Virus record (IMG/VR): IMGVR_UViG_3300010403_000008
Span: 1 to 54,941 of that record
DNA length: 54,941 nucleotides
Strand: one strand, 5' to 3'
Origin: a virus
Lineage: Duplodnaviria; Caudoviricetes
The translations under genes were made by a program, and so were the position numbers. The notes beneath the pieces were generated by a model. The model searched no databases and was not told where the DNA came from. It saw only the letters and a program-made list of their open reading frames with translations. Below, piece after piece: positions 46,005 to 54,941 of this stretch. Position 1 is the first letter of the stretch; each line of letters opens with the position of its first letter.

Positions 46005-46568
46005 TTAACAGGAGCAGGTGAATGCCTCGAAATATGAGGCATCAATCTTTTGTCCAAGAACAATGCTTAGATGCTCGAACAATTCTTCAGCATCTTCAAC
46101 GTCAGCAAGTTCGTGGCAGTCTGATCCTTTGTAATAAATCCAGCGTTCGCGCTTCACGTAGCGCATGAATTCTGAATATCCGTTATCGTGGCTGTCTGCC
46201 CAATGTGGGCAATGCCTTCTCACATAGCCTTCCAGCCATTGCTTGGATGCAGCCATTTCATCTGAAGGTTCAGATGGCTTTGGCGTGTCTGTGGCTGGGA
46301 ACGCAGGATGCACCCACTCATGGCGAAGGGATGTGATGGTTTTGGGGTAGAGACAAAGCCAGAAGGATTCACCTTGCTTTACTCTGGCCTTAAGGAAGGG
46401 GTCAACAATTCCAATCGAATCTGAAGACGCGAAGGCAATTCCATTCTCCAATCGTACATGTTCACCAGCCTCCAAAGCCTCTCCCGCCACTGCCGGAGCC
46501 ACAGCGATATGAATCGCATCCCTTCCAGGATTGCCTGTAATGAGTTGACCCAAATTCGTTTCACTCAT
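46005..46568 (-). CDS. Hypothetical phage protein
   Basis: RDAIHIAVAP...GIVDPFL...LYPKTITSLRHEWVHPAF. Confidence 0.6.
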   Translation of the reverse strand: MSETNLGQLITGNPGRDAIHIAVAPAVAGEALEAGEHVRLENGIAFASSDSIGIVDPFLKARVKQGESFWLCLYPKTITSLRHEWVHPAFPATDTPKPSEPSDEMAASKQWLEGYVRRHCPHWADSHDNGYSEFMRYVKRERWIYYKGSDCHELADVEDAEELFEHLSIVLGQKIDASYFEAFTCSC

Positions 46569-46912
46569 GCCCCACCCCCATTCAACAGCTTGGCTGCCTT
46601 CTCCCTGTGCGTTTTGGCCTGTGCTTCCAGTTCTTCAGCAGTGCGAATCATCCCAGAAGCTGTTTGCTGTCTGTCTGGCAAGCGACTGACTGCCTCAGCG
46701 ATTGATCCAGACACCCCACACTGCCCAGTCTCGTTCCACGCTGCCACATAATCCCCCACCAAATCACAGTTGACCCGCATTGAAAGGGAAGTGAGTCCGT
46801 TCTGCTTTGCCTGCTCCTTCAAATACTCAAATACCGCTGCTTCGTTGATACTGCTCATGCTTCGTTGGTTGGATTGTACTGCTTCTGCTTCGCTTGCTAT
46901 GCAATGTTGCAC
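46565..46912 (-). CDS. Hypothetical protein
   Basis: ORF in the early minus-strand run; start uncertain. Confidence 0.45.
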   Translation of the reverse strand: MQHCIASEAEAVQSNQRSMSSINEAAVFEYLKEQAKQNGLTSLSMRVNCDLVGDYVAAWNETGQCGVSGSIAEAVSRLPDRQQTASGMIRTAEELEAQAKTHREKAAKLLNGGGA

Positions 46913-47571
46913 GGTCAGGATTGGATGTCAAGTGCCCGCTTAAAGGCAATAGCTGCCCGGCAATGGCTTTCGTAGTTAAAGCCCTTTGGCTTGGTGTTTA
47001 GCCACTTCTCAAGGGCATCATCGTCCAATTTGAGGCTCATTCCAATCAGTTGACCCGCTACCAGAATCGCGTTCTGAACTTCGGGTTGTGTCTTGTCTTC
47101 TTTGTCTGGCATGGGTCGTATTCGCTCTAGGACTGCGCTGGGGGCGTTTTGTTTACTTGGGGGTGTCTGGGGACGGGTTGTGGGTTAAAGTGGCTGTAGG
47201 GCGATTCTGGGAGGCAAGGCGTTCATGTTTACGGGCAACCAGCTTCACGATGGCCGCTTTGGCCTTCTGTCCCGTCAACCAGCGGCATGTTCAGAGTAGC
47301 CCCACCGAACCCTTGGAATCCGTCTCTGGGGCTGGTTGTGTTCTGTGGGTTGTTAGTAACGTAAACATTCTCCGCAGCGTGGGGGCAATCAGCTACCAGC
47401 CAAGTGCGGCCAGACTTGCCAACGTGCTTGTGGTACTTCTGGCTGACTGCTTCAGCTTGACCGGAGAACATGCTATAGCTGTCAGTCACGAATTCACCGG
47501 GTTTTGCGATATAGGGTTGTTTCATGGGAATTAAATGCGGGGCCTCCCTGCCCCTTGTAGGAGCCGATGGT

Positions 47572-47907
47572 TTAGTCGGCAGAGTCGGGAGCGGGTTGTT
47601 CCTGGGAAATCTCTTCCAGCATATTCTCTGCAATCTCATGCCAATTGACTTCAGACAATGCTGCCCCCATCAAGTCAGCCCAGAACCCTTCCGTGCATGG
47701 GTTGGATTCCTCGAAATGATCCTTGAGGGATGCAGCGAGAAAGCAGGAAGCATCCAGTTTCCTGTCATCATCATCCTTGCCCGTTCGGTCCCATGCTTCC
47801 TGCGCTTGTTCAGCCCAGTACGCTTGGGATGATTCTTCGTTGTCGATCCAGAGGGAAACCAACCACGATTCGTAGTTGTACCAGCCGTTATATTCCTTGT
47901 GCGTCAT
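47572..47907 (-). CDS. Hypothetical early phage protein
   Basis: YNGWYNYESWLVSLWIDNE...LSEVNWHEIAE; directly downstream of a promoter. Confidence 0.6.
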   Translation of the reverse strand: MTHKEYNGWYNYESWLVSLWIDNEESSQAYWAEQAQEAWDRTGKDDDDRKLDASCFLAASLKDHFEESNPCTEGFWADLMGAALSEVNWHEIAENMLEEISQEQPAPDSAD

Positions 47908-47955
47908 ACTTCGTTACTTCGTTTATGGGTTGCTGTTGTTGTGTACTACCTGTGC

Positions 47956-47984
47956 AACATTGCACGGGCAAGAATGGATGTCAA
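47956..47984 (-). promoter_or_regulatory. Early promoter, near-duplicate of 49959-49987
   Basis: TTGACA-tccattcttgcccgtgc-AATGTT. Confidence 0.6.
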
Positions 47985-48211
47985 GGGGTGGGTTCGTGTT
48001 TGTTTCTGCGTAATTCTTGTGGGATGGGTTTGGACCATCGGCCCTTTCGCCAGATACGCCACTGGCCATTGGGGAGCAATCGCCAGGATGAACACCAGCA
48101 GCCGTGCGTACGTTCGCGGTACCACTTGGGGCACGCCTTGTCTGTCTTTCGCAGGGGCGAACTGGGCATGATGTAGGTGCAATTCAAGTGATGGAATCCG
48201 ATCATGTGGGG

Positions 48212-49916
48212 TTATACGTTGGCATTCTTGCAAACCTGAATGACTTCAGCAACGGTGCGTTCTGGTCTGTCATTCCATTCAACGATTCCTTCTCCACCGA
48301 TTGCTTCGTCAATTAAATCAATCACTTCGTTGCGTGCGGGGACGGGGTAATTAAGACACCAGCCGTACAGGCAAAATGCGGTGCGACCGTCAGGCAATCC
48401 CTTCTCAATTGTTTTCTGGCACCATAAATCAGGAGCCTGTGACAGTATTTCGTGAATCTTCATGGGTATGCCCCGTAATCGTTCTACGATGGCTGTGGGG
48501 GCGTTTTAGGGGGTTGGGTGGTGTCAGGGGATGGTTTGCCAGAACAGGATGCGTGTACGGGGCTTCACAGGCAAAAATCGCAGAGTTCTTCGGTTGTAAA
48601 GGCTTGGGCATCATGTTGGCCTACACGACAGCCAAAGAATGCCTGTCCTGTTGTCAGGAATCCCTGAACCACGTAGAGAATCTCAACGTATTGCCCCGTA
48701 CTTCGCAGGCGAGCCGTGCGGTACATGTGGGCTTTGTCTTTGATTTCGTCCCAAGTGGGGCAGAAGCAGGGACAAGAGTCGATGGGGAGGGTGAGCATGG
48801 AGTTCATGCCTTTGTTGCGTCTAGTTCAGAGTCAGTCAGTTTGTCTTCAGGACGAATCAGGTAGAATCCCCCCGACTGCCATACGACAACGGAGTCAGGC
48901 GGTCTTCCATCGGTGATGATGGTGGCGTAATAATCCCCTGCCAGTTTGGGCATGATTGCCCCATCCCGCATGAATTCTCCCCCGTACTGATTGGAAATCC
49001 AGGAATCAATCAGGGATTCAAGGTCGAGGGGTGTTTCGTCAGAGATGGGGACTATGTACTTCTGACCGGAAGCACATTCTTCAACGAACAAGTATTGATC
49101 GGGCCAAGGTTCAAAGCTCATACGGCAAAGAAGGAATACCCGCCATTATCGCAAAGCATGGCGCGTACGGGTTTATCGTGAATTGAGGGATGGGACAGAC
49201 GGTAGAGCAGGATTTCCTGGGGGCAATCTTCGTTGCCGTCCATGATGGCGAAGGATTGGAAGTCGGGGATGGGATTGGCGTTATTCCAGTTCTTTTGCGC
49301 AAGGTGCGTATCACGCAACCAGGAGCAATCGTCGGGAGTGTTGAGAAAGGTTTGAGTCATACAGCCTGCTGAGTGTGGGAGTTGAAAAGCTTATGGGCTT
49401 GTTGAATGGCGAATTGGGTTGTGATGTACCCGTGGGAATCAAAGACACGGGAGACAAGGGAGTGAATAGAATCCCAGTCAATTCCCCGAGCATCGGTGAC
49501 AGTATTGTTTTCGACAACAATTCCCGCAATCGAGTACCCGTCTGAGTCCAGCAATTGCCAGCAATTGACGGGTACGGGAATGAAGCCTGGAATCGTGTAG
49601 GAAAGGCCAAGGTGGATTTTGGTTTTCATGCTTTGAATTTCTTGGGGAATTTCTGTTTAAGGAAAGCGATTGTGGGGTGAGAGGCTCCGATCATGTCTTC
49701 ACAGAAGGCGTTTAGTTCGTGCGTATCACAGTCAGCCTGTCTGCCGTTCAATTGGAATTCGACTAAATCCCCATTGGTTACTGAGAATTCAACGTAAAGT
49801 CGATTGTCAGATAGGGTAGAGCAGGGCCATGAACTACCGTTCCTGTGCGCCCAATCGTACGTTTCCTGTGTGGAGAACTGGAATCCAGCGAAACAGCCTT
49901 TATTGTAAACTTTCAT
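48212..49916 (-). other. Run of small early genes (48212-48463, 48565-48807, 48804-49121, 49118-49360, 49357-49629, 49626-49916)
   Basis: Consecutive, mostly ATGA-coupled 80-105 aa ORFs downstream of the 49987 promoter. Confidence 0.6.
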
Positions 49917-49958
49917 GCCTTGTCTTCGGTTGATTCTGTTAAATACTTTAACCCGTCC

Positions 49959-49987
49959 AATCTTGCACAGGCAAGAATGATTGTCAA
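49959..49987 (-). promoter_or_regulatory. Early promoter
   Basis: TTGACA-atcattcttgcctgtgc-AAGATT. Confidence 0.6.
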
Positions 49988-50033
49988 GTGAGGGATTGCA
50001 GAAGTGTGCAAATATGCATACCATGTTGAGAAC

Positions 50034-50435
50034 ATGGCAGAACCACAACGGGAAGCAGAGGACGACGATGAAGAAGATTCAGACGAAGTGGGGCCAGCGA
50101 ACGGATTAAACGGAACCACAGAGCGAGCAGAGAGGGTAAAGCCGGGAAGGAGAACGAGTCTGCATCAAGTATATGAAATGCAAAGGGATGCATTCTTGAT
50201 AAGTAAGAAGCTGGCCGGAACCCTGACTGCACCAGTCGATTCTTCTGAGAAGCTTTCCAATGACGATCTAGCCAGACTATCGTCTGCATTCAGTTCTGTA
50301 TCAGGTGTATGGACTAAATTGCAGGACACTAAGCGTGAGATACGTGGTAAGGGTAAGGTTATGCCAGTACCTGCTAAACAGCCCACTCCCAAACGTACTT
50401 CCTTCGACATAGACGAACAGCCTGCTACTCCGTAG
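50034..50435 (+). CDS. Hypothetical helical protein (possible terminase small subunit)
   Basis: Isolated plus-strand ORF next to the long non-coding region; function inferred from position only. Confidence 0.35.
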   Translation: MAEPQREAEDDDEEDSDEVGPANGLNGTTERAERVKPGRRTSLHQVYEMQRDAFLISKKLAGTLTAPVDSSEKLSNDDLARLSSAFSSVSGVWTKLQDTKREIRGKGKVMPVPAKQPTPKRTSFDIDEQPATP

Positions 50436-51042
50436 TTCCTTCCCGTCTTACTCCAGGTAATTCCACGACAGACTTCTAGCGTACTTCCCTCCGTCTGCTG
50501 TGCCGTACTAGTACGTACCACTAACGATTCCACGCTCGCTAACGCGAGTTACTCCCACCACGCACCCAACGAGGGAGTAGGCTGACAACGTATAGTCCAT
50601 GCTTGGCGTACCTACTATCAGGCGTAATTATTACGAAAGGAATCTCTTTTATACGGTCAGACCGTCCCTACGGGGTGGAGGGGTGGGAGGGGAATTTGAA
50701 TGGTGGTAGTAAGGAAGGGACCCTATTTATTCTTTTTCTTTCTTAATCCATAATACGATTTCCTTCCTACAAACTGCTTTCCTTTTCTCTCCCCAAATTC
50801 CTTCTCAATTATCCCCAAAGTACTTCCTAATTTCTTCCCAAACGAATCAGGCTTCTACCAGAATCAATCTGAATGAAATTATCCCCAAATCACGTACTAG
50901 TACGTACTGGTACGGATCAGGGGGATTTCTTGTTTTCAAAGCCTTAGGAGTCGGGAACCCTATGAATCTGTCTCTGACTCTGTATGTGTGCATTTTGATA
51001 ACAAATGTTGACAGACTGTAACGAATGAGGTAAATGGTTTAG

Positions 51043-51486
51043 ATGATTGGATTTACCAAGCTGTTTGGGACGATAATCGCATCCTCAATCTGGGACCTTC
51101 CGCACGCAACGAGGGTTGTTTGGATCACAATGCTGGCGCTAAAGGATCGGGACCACATGGTCAGAGCCACGGAGAAGGCATTGGCCTTGATGTCAAGAGT
51201 GACTGATGATGAGGCCAGGATTGCTCTGGAGGCGTTTTCATCCCCAGACCCAGCCTCTCGTACTTCTGAGTTTGAGGGCCGTCGTATTAAGGCTGTGGAG
51301 GGAGGATGGCTGATTCTTAATGGGGAGAAGTACCGCAAGCTTCTCTCAGCCGCAGAGCGCAAGGAGTATAATCGGGTCAAACAAGCCGAGTATCGCAAGC
51401 GTAAAAAGACAATCGAACATGATGGGGCGTGTGCGGGGGCAACTCAGGCGATCAACGAAGGGTTCGCTCGCTACAACAAAGAATGA
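51043..51486 (+). CDS. Protein resembling the N-terminal domain of phage replication initiators
   Basis: GFTKLFGTIIASSIW...RVVWITMLALKD...PDPASRT.EFEGRRI..VEGGWLILNGEKYR. Confidence 0.55.
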   Translation: MIGFTKLFGTIIASSIWDLPHATRVVWITMLALKDRDHMVRATEKALALMSRVTDDEARIALEAFSSPDPASRTSEFEGRRIKAVEGGWLILNGEKYRKLLSAAERKEYNRVKQAEYRKRKKTIEHDGACAGATQAINEGFARYNKE

Positions 51487-51926
51487 CCAAACGACAAAAG
51501 GAGTACCAGTTGTTTCTGGAAAGCGATTGGTGGAAGATGTTCAGGGTTCGAGCCTTGGCGTATTATGCCGGACATTGCTCGAAGTGTCTTTCCAAACAAC
51601 AGATTCACGTTCATCACATTCGATACCCGTATCCATGGACAAAAACGACACTACAGGATGTTGTTTTGCTTTGTCACAAATGCCACGAGTGGGTTCATAA
51701 GGATGAATGCCATATACTGTCTGGCTTAACCTCGAAGCAGTGGCGCTTCATCCAGAAACAAAAGGATAAGAAAATTCGTAAGAGAATTAAGAATCGAATG
51801 CAGAAGATGCTAAAAAGACTGAACAAGAAAAGGAGTCAGAATTATCAGCATCATCAGCTTACGCACAACAGGAAGGCACAGGATCAGTGGCCCAGAGACA
51901 AGTGGCATCCTACCATTCACTACTAA
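51483..51926 (+). CDS. HNH endonuclease
   Basis: CSKC...IHVHHIRY...VLLCHKCHEWVH. Confidence 0.8.
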   Translation: MTKRQKEYQLFLESDWWKMFRVRALAYYAGHCSKCLSKQQIHVHHIRYPYPWTKTTLQDVVLLCHKCHEWVHKDECHILSGLTSKQWRFIQKQKDKKIRKRIKNRMQKMLKRLNKKRSQNYQHHQLTHNRKAQDQWPRDKWHPTIHY

Positions 51927-52740
51927 ACCTCACCACGCCCATCCTAGAGCGAAGTTTTAGGAGCAGATCGTTCTAAAGCTGCCCTGGCCTTCCTGAAATC
52001 ACCCATCGTAACGATTAGCGTGATCGGAAAGCTGTCTGGCATCTTTTCATTCCACTCCCGTCTGGATTGAGAGGTTCTTCCGCTTTCTTCAAGAAAGCGT
52101 TCAAACACATCAACGAATGGCAGCAGTGCGTTGTACAGTTGATCTTTTTCGTTCATCACGACTTCCCATCCCTCAAATCAATAATCTCCTGCTGTATTCG
52201 TTCCATGCATTTCCTGACCACCCTCAAGTCAATCTTAACGACATCATTGTGGGCATGAGTCCCTTCCAAATCAGTCTCAAATGCAGTCAGTGCCAGTCCA
52301 ATCTTGTGGACATGATACATGAGCAGTTTGGCGGTGTGGTCGTTTAGGGGTGGGTTCATAATTACCACCTGTCCAATTCTCGTTCGTACGCTTCTCTAGC
52401 TGATTCATGCGCACTGTCACGATAGTCTCGCTGGAGTTCACGAAGCTCCTTCCACATCTGATCTTTGGTGATTCTACCCTCAGCTTCGGCTTTGATGATT
52501 GCCTCTTCTTCTTTTTCGTATTGATTCATTGGATTCATGGCTTGGTTGACTATTTCTAAGGATTGTGTTCAGTTTCTTCCATGAGCTTCGCCCTCTTGTT
52601 CGCTGTTCTGATGATTCTGTGGTTCATTTGGGGCATTCTTCCCAATCCTCCCCAACAAGCACGGGTTAATCATGTGTTGCTGTTCGTTCTCATCCTCTTG
52701 TTGGGCTGGAAGTGCTTTGGTCCCCTGGTTCATCCCTGAA

Positions 52741-53103
52741 TCACAGCCCACCCTTCATCCCTTTCACTCCACCCTTGGCCATTCCTTCAGCAGCCTCTTT
52801 CAACAGTTCGGCCATTCCTTTCAAGAACACAGCCATCGTGGCTGCCCCTCCATCATTGGCATACCCTCCCAGCGAGAACGTCCCATTCGTATTGAATTCC
52901 AGCCCCTGTAACTGCACGGCCTGGCCAGACGATAATCGGTCCAGGGATGCGTTGTGTTTGTTGGTTCCGTAAAACACGTTGGTCTGCCCATTGACCACCA
53001 GCACGTACGGTACGACTGACTCACGTACGACTTTTACTTTGGTAGATGTTTGGCAGGCAGTCAGCAGGAGCAGTGGGAGGAACTTGATGATGTGTATTTT
53101 CAT
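52741..53103 (-). CDS. Lipoprotein
   Basis: Lipobox LLLLTA-C. Confidence 0.6.
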   Translation of the reverse strand: MKIHIIKFLPLLLLTACQTSTKVKVVRESVVPYVLVVNGQTNVFYGTNKHNASLDRLSSGQAVQLQGLEFNTNGTFSLGGYANDGGAATMAVFLKGMAELLKEAAEGMAKGGVKGMKGGL

Positions 53104-53126
53104 GGGGTACAGGCTATCATACTAAA

Positions 53127-53513
53127 ATGGATTCAAAGAACGAATTACTGGCCATCATGGATGAACGGGAGAAGCGGTACAATGAGCGCCACGCTGCATT
53201 GGAGAAGTCTTTCCTGCTGGCCATGTCCAGTGCAGACAAAGCCGTGCAAAAGGCAGAGACAGCCATTGAGCGACGTTTGGAGGGGGTTAATGAGTTCAGG
53301 GCAACCTTGGCTGACCAGCAGCGATTGCTCATGCCCAGGGCTGAAGTCGAAGTCATCGTCAATTCCATGAATGAGCGAATTGGGGAACTAAAGCGACAGA
53401 TCGACACCCTCCAGTCTGAAAGACAGGGGATCAAGGGAGGATGGGGGTACGCAGTGGGGGTGGTAGGGTTTGTTCTGTTGATCCTGTCACTCATGCGATT
53501 CATGGTGAAGTGA
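53127..53513 (+). CDS. Coiled-coil protein with a C-terminal transmembrane helix (lysis-accessory candidate)
   Basis: Heptad-rich body ending in GWGYAVGVVGFVLLILSLM. Confidence 0.55.
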   Translation: MDSKNELLAIMDEREKRYNERHAALEKSFLLAMSSADKAVQKAETAIERRLEGVNEFRATLADQQRLLMPRAEVEVIVNSMNERIGELKRQIDTLQSERQGIKGGWGYAVGVVGFVLLILSLMRFMVK

Positions 53514-53905
53514 TTGGGGTTTTGATCAGAACGTTGGTGTCAATTGGTCCGAACTGTTGGTAAAACGTGTGCTCGAATCGTTGAGGGGATGATCCACCGG
53601 GAATTCTGTACATCCAGATCAGGGTGTGATTGCTCACTACTTGTGGATGATGTAGGATGTAGGGAGGCTCGATGCCATTGGGATAAAACTTGCCCACTGA
53701 AATCAGGTTGGTCTTTGCCTCAATCACCACGTTTACCCCGTTCGTAATGGCAGGCATTGTTTCCTGTCCACAGGCCAGTCCCACCCAGCAAAACAACAGA
53801 AGGAATATTCTCATAATGTGAGAGGGACAGTGAGGGATCATGGCGCACATGCTTCCCAGCCAAGGGTTGTACGTGTAGTCGCTCCCCCTCACCATCCCAA
53901 AAGAT

Positions 53906-54226
53906 TCACTTGGGTTCAGGCGTGCCAGCAACCAGTCCAAGGTTCTTGGCCCGTGCCCCTTCCACAGTCAGTTTGATTGTGTCTGAAACCTCTTCCCTGC
54001 CTTCTCCCAGGTCAGCGTCCGCCGTTACCATGTAAACTGTATCACCGGGATCGTCGGAGGAAATCAGGTAGGCACTCATTCCATCTTCAGCCACTTCCAG
54101 CTTTGAGAATCCACTGACGATTTCCCATACAGGCTTGCCATCAAGCTTTGCTGGCTTTTCAGTGCCGGTGATTGGGGCCAGTGTTGCCTTTACCTTTTCT
54201 TCATTTGTTATCGTTTTTTCGATCAT
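53906..54226 (-). CDS. Small beta-rich (Ig-like) protein
   Basis: DGKPVW...DGMSAYLIS...VTADADLGEG. Confidence 0.55.
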   Translation of the reverse strand: MIEKTITNEEKVKATLAPITGTEKPAKLDGKPVWEIVSGFSKLEVAEDGMSAYLISSDDPGDTVYMVTADADLGEGREEVSDTIKLTVEGARAKNLGLVAGTPEPK

Positions 54227-54465
54227 GTCCGTTTTTGTCCTTCATCCGGGGTTTTGGGTTCAGGCGTACCCACTTGTGGGTTTAACCTGACTTTGGGCTT
54301 CCGGTTCAAGCCCCAAAGTATCCATGCCATGATAGCTAACGGAACCAGCAAGAGGAAGAGGGGAATGAGGATGGTCATATCAGTGTAAATGATTGCCGTC
54401 AGTATGCCAATCAATGGGGCCAGAGTCATATACAGCACGATCCGGCATTCACGATCTAAGCTCAT
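54223..54465 (-). CDS. Small membrane protein
   Basis: Two hydrophobic segments. Confidence 0.5.
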   Translation of the reverse strand: MSLDRECRIVLYMTLAPLIGILTAIIYTDMTILIPLFLLLVPLAIMAWILWGLNRKPKVRLNPQVGTPEPKTPDEGQKRT

Positions 54466-54818
54466 GGCAACTCCTTCAGGTTGTCGGCGGCGGTGAGGAT
54501 GGCGCGCTTCGCCATGATTGCGCCCTCCCTAATAAGGTAGACATGCCCCGATGCGCTTGGCCCAGCAAGTCCCGCCGCGTGCCTCATCCCGGCGCGGAAG
54601 GCGTCGAGTTGGATGTTGCGAATATCGGTGGACGTGACAATGGAGACATTTCGCTCTGCGAGTTCAATCGGGCCGCTCAACGTGGGATGTGTGGTGAAGC
54701 CAAGAATCATCATCCACTCTTCTGCTGGTCGTGGCTTGCTCACGTCCATATCAAATCCGTATTCTCTGTCTCCAGTGCAGACAGGTTGTTTTGGATGTAA
54801 AGACCCACCGGACTCTTG

Positions 54819-54941
54819 CGGTCGAATCCGGGTTGGGACCACAAAAAATGCAAATATTTGACCGGGGTGTCGCCAATTCTTTCGCCTTTGTATTTCCCGA
54901 AAGGCATCCTGAAATCATCATTTATCGGGTCTGGAGCTTTA
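54819..54941. repeat. Terminal direct repeat, right copy
   Basis: Identical to bases 1-123. Confidence 0.95.

Noticed and set aside
51006-51015. Contiguous match TGTTGACAGA to the ungapped concatenation of array 1 dinucleotides
   Set aside because: A 10-nt match is expected by chance in a genome this size; the gapped MCP match is far stronger.
54462-54842. ORF-track start at 54842
   Set aside because: The upstream part overlaps the junction-spanning DUF3820-like gene; the likely start is the GTG at 54743 overlapping its stop.
54819-54941. 123-bp terminal repeat as a biological DTR
   Set aside because: It falls in the middle of a coding gene that reads through the join, so it is most likely assembler overlap.

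Overview
This looks like a complete, circularly assembled tailed dsDNA phage genome of about 54,818 bp. Bases 1-123 equal 54819-54941, and a small DUF3820-like gene reads intact across the join. The virion module is podovirus-like: portal with a Q-rich barrel, scaffold, major capsid protein (MCP), Cys-rich repeat proteins, tail fibres, nozzle/adaptor and three ejection-type proteins. The large terminase lies on the opposite strand and carries an intein with an endonuclease hidden in another reading frame. A glycosyltransferase/methyltransferase cluster precedes the portal, and a minus-strand block holds early and replication genes. I recognised no integrase, DNA polymerase or RNA polymerase; the host may be Verrucomicrobia (inference). 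The main finding is a minus-strand cassette at 16097-19091, between scaffold and MCP. It encodes a stand-alone Cas7/RAMP-like protein flanked by four non-coding arrays of 5-nt units (constant CAM triplet plus variable NN, 108 units). Read as a gapped code (two bases read, one skipped, i.e. codon positions 1-2), one array matches this phage's own MCP gene at 14 of 20 dinucleotides. Two other arrays decode to recognisable motifs: an ImmA/IrrE HExxH peptidase and an IS1-type transposase HTH. This points to a programmable RNA-guided system using a non-contiguous code (VIPR-like). All family calls come from motif recognition by eye, not database searches.
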